A DNA stretch of 64,000 bases from Polyangiaceae bacterium (GTDB taxonomy: Bacteria; Myxococcota_A; Polyangia; Polyangiales; Polyangiaceae). The notes under the pieces were generated by a model. That model was not told the origin of the DNA. It searched no databases and was given only the letters and a program-made list of their open reading frames with translations. Every line of letters begins with the position of its first letter. The first letter of the stretch is position 1. Of the stretch, positions 46,155 through 54,778 are shown piece after piece. The translations under genes and the position numbers were made by a program. The DNA is taken from assembly GCA_044376115.1 (NCBI GenBank), contig JBILLK010000006.1, positions 96,001-160,000 on the forward strand, in the 5' to 3' direction.

Positions 46155-47114
46155 TCAGTCGAGGAAGCTGCCACTGATCGCTCCGCACCACCCGGGCGTC
46201 ACCACGTCGCCAACGACATAGAAGGGCTCGCAATGCCCAACCGGGTGGTTGTCCCAATGCCAGTGAAACGATCCTGGATTGCCGCCCAGATTGCATTCTC
46301 CGTACTGCTGATCTTGGTAGCCGCCGGTGATCACGCAGCAGTTGCCAGCTCCAAAGTGCGACTCACAGGCTTTGAGCGCCCGCGTGGGGACGTCATCCCC
46401 TGGCTGGTAACAGTAGATTTCATTGAGGCCGAGCCCATTTTCGGCGGTCAGCGAGCCTCCTGCTGGGTTCAAACACGAGGCAGTGCAAACACTCGGCAGC
46501 CCACTGCACTGAAACCCCGCTTCAATGGCGCAGCTCGCGCTGCAACCGTCGCCAGCGAGAGCGTTGGTATCGTCGCAGCCCTCGCCAGCGACGATCAGTC
46601 CGTCACCACATGCAGGCTGACAGACGCTCGGTGAGCCAACACATTGGAAGCCTGATTCAACGGCGCAGTTGGCGTTGCAACCGTCGCCGTTCGTAGTGTT
46701 GTCGTCATCACAAGACTCAGCCCCGACCAACGTTCCATCTCCGCAGGTCGCCGAGCACTGACTCGGTTGCCCGACACACTGATAGCCCGCCTCGACGGTG
46801 CAGCTCGTGTCGCAGCCATCTCCCAGCGTGCCGTTGCCATCGTCGCACTGCTCGAGGTTGGAGATCTGACCGTCGCCGCAAGCTGCCGTCGCGCCGCCGC
46901 TGCCGTTTGCTGCGCCCGAGGCGCCCGCGCCGCCCGCGCCGCCGACGCTTGTTGCGCCGCCCGCGCCGCCGCCAGCCTCATTGCTGCCTCCCGCACCGTC
47001 ACTTGGGTCCCCGCCCGTGCCGTCGCCATCGGTTGTGAGCACGGTGCTGGTTGCACACCCACTCAGCAACAGCCAAAAGATCCCCACCCATCGGCAAGCC
47101 CGCATCGTGCCCAT
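46155..47114 (-). CDS. Lipoprotein with Myxococcus cysteine-rich repeats (DUF4215-like) and C-terminal His-containing domain
   Basis: Lipobox LSGC, three CGDG....E.CDD.N...GDGC repeats, FHWHWDNH. Confidence 0.85.
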   Translation of the reverse strand: MGTMRACRWVGIFWLLLSGCATSTVLTTDGDGTGGDPSDGAGGSNEAGGGAGGATSVGGAGGAGASGAANGSGGATAACGDGQISNLEQCDDGNGTLGDGCDTSCTVEAGYQCVGQPSQCSATCGDGTLVGAESCDDDNTTNGDGCNANCAVESGFQCVGSPSVCQPACGDGLIVAGEGCDDTNALAGDGCSASCAIEAGFQCSGLPSVCTASCLNPAGGSLTAENGLGLNEIYCYQPGDDVPTRALKACESHFGAGNCCVITGGYQDQQYGECNLGGNPGSFHWHWDNHPVGHCEPFYVVGDVVTPGWCGAISGSFLD

Positions 47115-47147
47115 GCCAGCAAGCCTACCTGCTTCTACCTGCGCGGA

Positions 47148-47726
47148 TCATCTTGCTTGAGCGACTAATTCGATGGCCGACAATTGATAGGGGCGCGGGT
47201 GCGTCTCAAGGTCGCTCTGGTCCTGGTTGGCCCAAATCAAATAAAAGGGCCCGGGGATCACCCGCCGCGGGCCGATCGGCTCCCAGCCCGCGACCTCGAG
47301 ATCCTCGAAGGCGATGTAGGCGCCCTTCTCAAACACCTTGGAGCCCCGAATCGGCACGGCCTCCCCGTCGCTACTGCGCAGAATGAACTCCTGCTGCGGG
47401 AGGTCGTTCACCCCTTTGAAGCCGCGCTCGATCACTGCAGCCAGCGGCAGCGCCTTGAAGCGTTTCTCGCGGTTGTAGTGTGGGTCGAATTGCACGACCG
47501 TCTCCGGGGCAATGGTGAGCGCCAGCGTGTTGGCCCTGAGCGCGGCGCGCTCCACTCCACCCTCTTTGAAGACCAGCAACGCTGCTTCGGTCGCAGGCCG
47601 ACCGGCGCTCGCTCCTACCGGTGCAGGCGCGCTGTGCAAGGAGGCAGAGCCGGTGAAGAGCGGACTGTCGGTGCGCTCGCCGCAGCCGGTCAGGAGCCCC
47701 AGGCCGACGAGTGCAAGCGAGCGCAT
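47148..47726 (-). CDS. Hypothetical lipoprotein
   Basis: Lipobox LTGC; DPHY...F.A.PL and GPFYLIW...PYQLSAIE. Confidence 0.7.
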   Translation of the reverse strand: MRSLALVGLGLLTGCGERTDSPLFTGSASLHSAPAPVGASAGRPATEAALLVFKEGGVERAALRANTLALTIAPETVVQFDPHYNREKRFKALPLAAVIERGFKGVNDLPQQEFILRSSDGEAVPIRGSKVFEKGAYIAFEDLEVAGWEPIGPRRVIPGPFYLIWANQDQSDLETHPRPYQLSAIELVAQAR

Positions 47727-47959
47727 GTGGCCGGGTTACTCGAGCCTTCAACGACTCGCAATTGCTCGCTGTTTCTGCTGCTTAACAGGCCAAACGAGGC
47801 TTCCAATGACTCGAAGTCAATCCCCGTTGACGAAGTCGGGGAAACGATTAATGCTTCGTACACTAAATTTACGAGCCCGACCCAATTCAGCCCGGCGGGC
47901 TGGACGGCGGGCATCATCGGTCCGCACGTCGGACCAGCAGGGGACGAGGAGGACGGTAA

Positions 47960-50900
47960 ATGAGCGAGCTCCGCTTCGATGGTCGGGTTGCCATAGTCAC
48001 AGGTGCTGGAGGAGGCCTCGGCCGAGCGCATGCGCTGCTGCTTGGCAGCCGAGGAGCCCGCGTCGTCGTGAACGACCTGGGCGGATCGATGACGGGAGCT
48101 GGCAATGACAGCACGCCTGCACAAAAGGTCGTCGCCGAGATCAAAGCGCTCGGCGGTGAGGCGATCGCCAACGCTGACTCGGTGGAAGACGGCGGCAAGA
48201 TCGTCCAAGCGGCGATGGACACCTGGGGCAAGATCGATATCGTCGTCAACAACGCCGGCATTCTGCGCGATACGAGCTTCCAGAAGCTGAGCGAGGAAGA
48301 TTGGGACCTGATCTATCGGGTGCACGTGCTCGGCAGCTTCCGGGTCACCAAGGCCGCCTGGAACCACATGCGCGACGCCAAATACGGCCGCATCGTGATG
48401 ACCGCTTCGGCAGCCGGTATCTACGGCAACTTCGGCCAAACCAACTACGCCATGGCCAAGATGGGCCTGATCGGCTTTGCGCAGACCCTCGCGCTCGAGG
48501 GCAAGAAGAACAACGTCCTCAGCAACACGATCGCGCCGATCGCCGGCTCGCGCTTGACCGAGACCGTCCTACCGAAGGAGCTGCTCGACGCATTGAAGCC
48601 GGAGGTCGTGGCGCCGCTCGTGGCCTACCTCGCGCATGAGTCCTGCACCGAGAACGGTGGCACCTTCGAGGTGGGCGGTGGCTTCATGGCCAAGTTGCGC
48701 TGGGAGCGTTCGGTCGGGAAGTCCTTCCCCAACGGCAAAGCCATCTCAATTGAGAACGTGCAGAAGGCGTTCTCGGAGATAACGAGCTTCGCCAAGACCA
48801 CGCACCCCACCAACATCGCCGAGAGCATGCAGGCCGTGCTCGATAACGTGCAGAAGAAGAGCAAGGGCGGTAACGAGTTCATCGACGTAGACGCGGCCCT
48901 TGGTTACCAATACCCGCCGTTCCAAACCAGCTATGACGAGCGCGATGTATCCATCTATGCGTTGAGCATCGGCGCGAGCCAAAACCCGCTCGACGAGCAA
49001 GACCTTTCCTACACCTACGAGCTCGCTCCGCGCGGCTTTACGCCTTTCCCGACCTTCGCGGTGACGCCCATCCTGCGCGGCATCCTCGAGGCAGCCAAGC
49101 GAGGCGAGCAAGTGCCCGGCCTCAACTACGGGTTTGAACGCATCCTGCACGGCGAGCAATACACCGCTATCACCCGGCCCTTGCCGCCCCACGCGAAGCT
49201 AACCCACAAGTCGGTCATCAAAGACATCTGGGACAAGGGCAAGAACGCCGTCGTCGTGGTCGAAACCAAGAGCTACGACGATGCCGGAGACTTGCTCGCT
49301 GAGAACGAACTGACGATGGTGGTGCGCGGTGCCGGCGGTTGGGGTGGCGAGCGTGGCCCCGCACAGACCGGTGTCCCGGCGCCCGAACGCAAAGCCGATA
49401 AAACGGTGGAGCAGAAGATCGACGCACAACAGGCGCTGCTCTATCGCTTGAACGGCGATTGGAATCCGCTTCACGCCGACCCGGCGTTCGCCAAAAACTT
49501 CGGCTTTGACCGGCCGATTCTGCATGGCCTATGCACCTTCGGCTACGCGGCTCGCCACGCCATCGCCAGCTTCGCCGGCGGAGATGCGCGGCTCTTCAAG
49601 AGCATTCGCGCTCGCTTCGCCGAGAGCGTCTTCCCAGGGGAGACGCTGCTCACCGAGATGTGGCAGGAGGGCGACAAGATCGTCGTTCGCTGCAAGGTCA
49701 AAGAGCGCGACAAAGAGGTGCTCACCAACGCGGTGATTGAGCTGTACAAGGAAGTGCCCACCGCCAAAGCCAAGCCCGCTGCAGCCGCTGCTGCGCCGGC
49801 CGCTGCTCCCGCTACCGCGACGGCGCCGTCGGCTGTCACCAGCCAGGTGATCGTGGACGGCATTGCCTACTACATCGAGAAGAACGCCGACCTGGCCGGC
49901 CAGGTGAAGACGTCCTTCCAATTCAAACTAAGCAATCCGAACTCGGCCTTCTTTATCGACCTAAAGGCTGCAGGCGGCAAAGTTGGTCAGGGTGAGCTGG
50001 CCGGTGCCGACGTGACCTTGGAGCTTTCGGACGCTGATTTTATCGGCATGGCGACGGGCAAGCTCAACCCGCAGAAACTCTACTTCGGTGGGCAGCTCAA
50101 GATCTCCGGCAACGTGATGGCCTCGCAAAAGCTCGAGTTCTTGAAGAAGATCGATGGCGAAGCCGTGCGTAAACAAATGGCTGCCGAAGGGCGGCTCGCG
50201 GCAGCTCCCGCTGCGGCTCCTGCAGCAGCTGCTAGTGCTGTCGATCCGTCGGCCCTCACGTCGGCCGACATCTTCGTTGCGATCGCCGACTTCATCGAGA
50301 AGAACGCCGAACTCGCAGGCCAAATCAAGACGAACTTCTTGTTCAAGCTGACCGCTCCCGACAGCCAGTACACGATCGATCTCAAGGCCGAGAAGGGCTC
50401 GGTAGCCAAGGGTGCTGTCGGTTCCGCCGACGTGACCTTGGAGCTGACCGACGCTGACTTCATGGCCATGACCACCGGCGGCGCCGACGCGCAGAAGCTC
50501 TACTTCGCCGGCAAGCTCAAGATCTCGGGCAACGTGATGGCCTCGCAGAAGCTGATGTTCCTCAAGAAGGTGGATCCGAAGAGCGCGAGCGAAGCGATCG
50601 CCAAGGCGCGACAAGCCTCGGCGGGCAGCGCCGGCGTCGCCGCGGCTGCTGCGCCCAAGGCCGACGCCTACCCGGCGATCGTGGCTGCACTGAGTGAGCG
50701 CTTGAGCAAGGAGAGCGGCCTCTTGGCCGAGCTCGGCGCGAGCGTAGCGTTCGTGATCGGTGCCCGCGGTTTCACCATCGACCCGAGCAAGACCCCAGCG
50801 CTGAGTGAGGGTACGCAGGGTTCGGCTGGGCTCCACATCAAGCTCTCCGAGGGCGACTTCGAGGAGCTGGCCAAGACCGGCAATCTCCGGGACCTCTATC

Positions 50901-50977
50901 AGCGCGGTAAGGCTCGCCTCGACGGCGATCTGCGGGTCGCTTCGCGCGTGACGTTTCTCAAGGGCCTCGCGTCCTGA
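47960..50977 (+). CDS. MFE-2/HSD17B4-like multifunctional beta-oxidation enzyme (SDR + hydratase 2 + three SCP2 domains)
   Basis: GAGGAGG RBS, TGAGGGLG, NNAG, YAMAK, LHGEQ, YRLNGDWNPLH.DP, ILHGLC, two clear SCP2 domains (G.LKISGNVM) and a third divergent one. Confidence 0.95.
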   Translation: MSELRFDGRVAIVTGAGGGLGRAHALLLGSRGARVVVNDLGGSMTGAGNDSTPAQKVVAEIKALGGEAIANADSVEDGGKIVQAAMDTWGKIDIVVNNAGILRDTSFQKLSEEDWDLIYRVHVLGSFRVTKAAWNHMRDAKYGRIVMTASAAGIYGNFGQTNYAMAKMGLIGFAQTLALEGKKNNVLSNTIAPIAGSRLTETVLPKELLDALKPEVVAPLVAYLAHESCTENGGTFEVGGGFMAKLRWERSVGKSFPNGKAISIENVQKAFSEITSFAKTTHPTNIAESMQAVLDNVQKKSKGGNEFIDVDAALGYQYPPFQTSYDERDVSIYALSIGASQNPLDEQDLSYTYELAPRGFTPFPTFAVTPILRGILEAAKRGEQVPGLNYGFERILHGEQYTAITRPLPPHAKLTHKSVIKDIWDKGKNAVVVVETKSYDDAGDLLAENELTMVVRGAGGWGGERGPAQTGVPAPERKADKTVEQKIDAQQALLYRLNGDWNPLHADPAFAKNFGFDRPILHGLCTFGYAARHAIASFAGGDARLFKSIRARFAESVFPGETLLTEMWQEGDKIVVRCKVKERDKEVLTNAVIELYKEVPTAKAKPAAAAAAPAAAPATATAPSAVTSQVIVDGIAYYIEKNADLAGQVKTSFQFKLSNPNSAFFIDLKAAGGKVGQGELAGADVTLELSDADFIGMATGKLNPQKLYFGGQLKISGNVMASQKLEFLKKIDGEAVRKQMAAEGRLAAAPAAAPAAAASAVDPSALTSADIFVAIADFIEKNAELAGQIKTNFLFKLTAPDSQYTIDLKAEKGSVAKGAVGSADVTLELTDADFMAMTTGGADAQKLYFAGKLKISGNVMASQKLMFLKKVDPKSASEAIAKARQASAGSAGVAAAAAPKADAYPAIVAALSERLSKESGLLAELGASVAFVIGARGFTIDPSKTPALSEGTQGSAGLHIKLSEGDFEELAKTGNLRDLYQRGKARLDGDLRVASRVTFLKGLAS

Positions 50978-50995
50978 CGCGACGACAAGGAAAGG

Positions 50996-52183
50996 ATGAC
51001 GACCATGGGACGACGAGTGAATGTGGTTGGGGTCGGGATGACGAAGTTCGCCAAGCCCGGCGCGAGCGATGACTACCATGTAATGGCGGCGCAAGCCGGC
51101 AAGGCCGCCCTGGCCGACGCTAGCGTCGACTACAAGCTAATCGAGCAGGCGTACGCGGGCTATGTCTACGGTGACAGCACCTGCGGTCAGCGCGCCGTGT
51201 ACGAGCTGGGTCTATCGGGTATTCCGGTCTTCAACGTAAACAACAACTGCTCGACCGGCTCGACGGCCTTGATGCTGGGCAAGCAGGCGATCGAAGGCGG
51301 CATCGCTGAATGCGTATTGGTCGTGGGCTTCGAGAAGATGGAGAAGGGCGCGCTCGGCTCCAAGTTCAATGACCGCACCAACCCGTTGGAGTTTCACGTC
51401 AACGTGATGAACGAGGTGCAGGGCTTCACCTCGGCGCCGCCCGCCGCTCAGATGTTCGGCGGCGCTGGCCGAGAGTATCGCTGGAAGTACGGCGCCAAAC
51501 GCGAGACCTTCGGCAAGATCAGCGAGAAGGCCCGTAAACACGCCGCCAATAACCCCTTGGCTATGTTCAATCAGGTGCTCTCGCTCGAGGAGATCATGGC
51601 CAGCGACGAGGTGTTCGATCCGCTAACGCGCTATCAGTGTTGCCCCCCGACCTGTGGTGCCGCTGCGGCGGTGCTCTGCAGTGATGAGTTTGCGCGCAAG
51701 CACAATATCGCTACGCCGGTATCCATCATTGCGCAGTCGATGGTCACTGACACACAGGCCAGCTTCAAAGACTCCATGATCAAGATGGTTGGCTACGACA
51801 TGGCCAAGACGGCAGCGCAGCAGGTGTTCGAGCGCTCCGGTATCGGCCCCTCCGAGGTGGACGTCGTGGAGCTCCATGACTGCTTCACCGCCAATGAACT
51901 GCTCACCTATGAGGCGTTGCAGCTTTGCGGCGAGGGCGAGGCGGAGAAGTTCATTTGGGACGGCGCCAATACCTATGGCGGTAAAGTCGTCACCAACCCC
52001 TCAGGCGGCTTGCTCTCCAAGGGCCACCCGCTCGGGGCAACCGGGCTCGCCCAATGTGCAGAGCTCGTGTGGCAGTTGCGGGGCCAGGCGGATAAGCGTC
52101 AGGTCGCCAACGCGCGCGTGGGTCTGCAACACAATATCGGTCTGGGCGGAGCCTGCGTCGTGACCATGTACAAGAAGAACTAG
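50996..52183 (+). CDS. SCP-x-type thiolase (lipid-transfer protein family)
   Basis: [33 protein letters not shown]. Confidence 0.95.
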   Translation: MTTMGRRVNVVGVGMTKFAKPGASDDYHVMAAQAGKAALADASVDYKLIEQAYAGYVYGDSTCGQRAVYELGLSGIPVFNVNNNCSTGSTALMLGKQAIEGGIAECVLVVGFEKMEKGALGSKFNDRTNPLEFHVNVMNEVQGFTSAPPAAQMFGGAGREYRWKYGAKRETFGKISEKARKHAANNPLAMFNQVLSLEEIMASDEVFDPLTRYQCCPPTCGAAAAVLCSDEFARKHNIATPVSIIAQSMVTDTQASFKDSMIKMVGYDMAKTAAQQVFERSGIGPSEVDVVELHDCFTANELLTYEALQLCGEGEAEKFIWDGANTYGGKVVTNPSGGLLSKGHPLGATGLAQCAELVWQLRGQADKRQVANARVGLQHNIGLGGACVVTMYKKN

Positions 52184-52362
52184 TCGGCGTTCGGATCTTG
52201 CGGGGCCGCCTGAACGGGGCCCCGCATCACCGCGCCGCGCAGCTTGGTTTCAACCTCCGCCGCGTGCGTCTTCCCAACCTTTTCGACCATCTCGCCGAGC
52301 GCGCGTCGTGCTTCCGCCGTCGTCATGCGGCCCTTGTCGAACTCGATGCAGATGAGGCACAT
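52180..52362 (-). CDS. 60-aa CxxC microprotein
   Basis: [41 protein letters not shown]...; ATG at 52362 inside the longer ORF in the track. Confidence 0.7.
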   Translation of the reverse strand: MCLICIEFDKGRMTTAEARRALGEMVEKVGKTHAAEVETKLRGAVMRGPVQAAPQDPNAD

Positions 52363-52423
52363 CGCCTTAGTGTAGCAGGGCCAAGCGACGAGGCTCAGCG
52401 CTCGGCCGCTGCTGTTCGGTAGG

Positions 52424-54715
52424 TTACGGGGTGGGTGTGAAGGTAGAGGTGAGCGCATAGACGCCGCCCGCCGAAGCGAAGCCAGCGACAATCACGGTCA
52501 CCGTTTGGCCGGCGCTCAGCACGGCTTCGCCAGTTTCACTCCCGTTGGCTGGAGAGGAGTTACCGCAGGCCAGGAAGTCATTGCCGGTGATCGGTCCGCA
52601 GCCGTCTTGAACGTAGAACACCAGGTTCACGTTGGGCTCGGCGAGCTGCAATTTCAGCACGCCATCGCTAGGCGCCACGAAGCGATAGGCCTTTGCGTCG
52701 GAGGACGCGAAGGAGCACAGGCCGCTCAGGTCGAAGAGGGCCGGGGACCCAACGGTGTTGCCAAGCGTGGTGGTCAGCGGAAGTTCGGGCAGCGCGTCGC
52801 AAACGAGAGCCCACTCGATGGTCAAACAGTCGGTTGAGCAGCCGTCATTGCTGGTGGTGTTGCCGTCGTCGCAGGCCTCTGGTCCGCCGGTCTTGCCGTC
52901 GCCACAAACGGCCGGCTCGAAGGTCGCAAACAGCGTGAACGGGCCCGCCTCCGCGGGGGTTTGGCCGCGCACCTGCAGTAGCAGCGGCTCTTGCACGGTC
53001 GCTTCTACATCGAAGGTAAGTTCGTCGTCTCCCAACAAGGCCGCGCACGCGAGCTGCGAGTCCGCTAGTGCACAATCGGACATCAGGTTCAGGCTCAAAT
53101 CCGCGCCGGAGGAGAGCTTGACCGTCAATCTCCCGGGTCCGGGGGGAAGGAAGGAATAGTTCGCAACGGTAGTTGCAACATACGGATCGCACGTCGAGCC
53201 GTAGCCGCTGGGACCATCGATGGTGGTGCCGTCAATCGGGGTATCGAGCGAGAGCGTCTGCGTCTGGGTGCAAAGAAAATCGAAGTTCGCCGAAGTGCAG
53301 CTGGCGTTGCAGGCGTCATTGCCGTTGAGGTTGCCGTCGTCGCAAAGCTCGCCGGCGATTACATTGAGGATGCCATCGCCGCAGACCGCAGCCGGCTTGC
53401 ACAAACCGAGCTCGGGATTGGAGAAAAGCTCGATGCAGGCTTCACCCGCGTTGCAGGCCGGGTCATCGATGCGGCATAGTCGCTCACAAATCGCCTCGGG
53501 CTGCTCCGGGAAGATGCGCAAGCAGATACCGCGATAAGCTGAACCTTCAATGCCACATTCGGTAGTCTCCGGAGAGTTCGCCTCGCAGCTCTCGCCGATG
53601 TTCGCTGGGTCACCGAAGCTCGCCGGCTTGCAAATGTTAGCGATGCTGCAGAAGCGGTCGCTGGGGCAGTCCTCGTTTTCATTGAGGTAGGTACAGGTCT
53701 TTTGACACTCCCCCGGCTCGCCCCAGCAGAAGGCGCCGGCTTCACACTCGGTGGAGTTGTCGCGCGGAGTGCAGCTTGCCCCGAGCGGAAGCGTCCCGCG
53801 TTGCATACAAACGCCCAAGCTCTGCGTCGGACCGAGCACGCGGCAGACCTCGTCGCTAGCGCACTCGCCGTCGCTTCCGCAACGTGCATAACACGCACCC
53901 AGCGCAGGGCCGGCGGCGAGGGCATCGGGGTCCCAAAGCTGGGAGAGACAGACGTCGGTGCCCTCGCAGAAGGGGCCATCGAAGAGCAGGTCACATTCTT
54001 GGGGAACGCACGTATCGCTCGAGGGCGAACACACCTGTTGTATCTCGTTGCCGCATTGTTCGGCCGAACTGCAGGGCGCGCCGTCGACGGGGCGCGTATC
54101 GACGTCCCATTGGGCCACGTGGAAGCAAGCGTCGTCGTCCGTGAACTCCCAGCTCAGATCCTCATTTTGGCGCACCTCGAAGAGTTCGACGTTTTGCAGG
54201 TTGGCGCTGAAGATGCTCCAATCCTCCGCATCGAAGTTGGTCAGCGTGAAGGAGCCTGTCTTTGGGTAGAAGGCCCGCAGCGGCTGCCCTGACTTCGCGT
54301 AGCCGACGAGCAGCGCGCAGTGTTGGCAGGTGCCGTAGTTGTCGTCCGGAGCCTCCGCGAAGGAGAAGGTCCCTGGCGTGAGCGGAGGCAACGTGCCGCT
54401 GCCATCGTCCTCGTACAGCTCCATCGTGAGGCGCGTTTTCGCTAGGTCCGGTAGGTCGGGCTGCACCGGGACGATCGCTCCGCGGGTGATGCTCTCGTAG
54501 AAGACCCCGGTGTCGCCGAGGGCGAGCTGTGTGCACGGGCCTGTGTACGGGTCGGAACCACCGCCCCCGCTGGCTCCCTCACCGCCGACGCCGCCGGCTC
54601 CGCCCGGAGTCTCTCCGCCGCCTCCCTGCGGCAGCGAGTCATCGCCGCAGGCAACGAGCAGAGCAAGGTTGAAGAGGCCCACGATCGACCAAGAAGAGAA
54701 GTTACGGTGCATCAT
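52424..54715 (-). CDS. Large Cys-rich lipoprotein with DUF4215-like repeats and two PPC-like beta domains
   Basis: Lipobox LVAC, Gly linker, YGTCQHC, CGDG...CDDGN repeats, Y.F..P..G.L...L motifs. Confidence 0.82.
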   Translation of the reverse strand: MMHRNFSSWSIVGLFNLALLVACGDDSLPQGGGGETPGGAGGVGGEGASGGGGSDPYTGPCTQLALGDTGVFYESITRGAIVPVQPDLPDLAKTRLTMELYEDDGSGTLPPLTPGTFSFAEAPDDNYGTCQHCALLVGYAKSGQPLRAFYPKTGSFTLTNFDAEDWSIFSANLQNVELFEVRQNEDLSWEFTDDDACFHVAQWDVDTRPVDGAPCSSAEQCGNEIQQVCSPSSDTCVPQECDLLFDGPFCEGTDVCLSQLWDPDALAAGPALGACYARCGSDGECASDEVCRVLGPTQSLGVCMQRGTLPLGASCTPRDNSTECEAGAFCWGEPGECQKTCTYLNENEDCPSDRFCSIANICKPASFGDPANIGESCEANSPETTECGIEGSAYRGICLRIFPEQPEAICERLCRIDDPACNAGEACIELFSNPELGLCKPAAVCGDGILNVIAGELCDDGNLNGNDACNASCTSANFDFLCTQTQTLSLDTPIDGTTIDGPSGYGSTCDPYVATTVANYSFLPPGPGRLTVKLSSGADLSLNLMSDCALADSQLACAALLGDDELTFDVEATVQEPLLLQVRGQTPAEAGPFTLFATFEPAVCGDGKTGGPEACDDGNTTSNDGCSTDCLTIEWALVCDALPELPLTTTLGNTVGSPALFDLSGLCSFASSDAKAYRFVAPSDGVLKLQLAEPNVNLVFYVQDGCGPITGNDFLACGNSSPANGSETGEAVLSAGQTVTVIVAGFASAGGVYALTSTFTPTP

Positions 54716-54778
54716 GCAACAGAATGCCCGGCAAGCTTCGAACGCTGCCTGAAAGCGTGTTGAAAGTTGGCGCAGCGC

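Noticed and set aside
50960..50977. Eukaryotic origin or contamination of the MFE-2 gene
   Set aside because: It has a bacterial RBS, operon structure, host-like codon usage, no introns and no SKL-type C-terminus.
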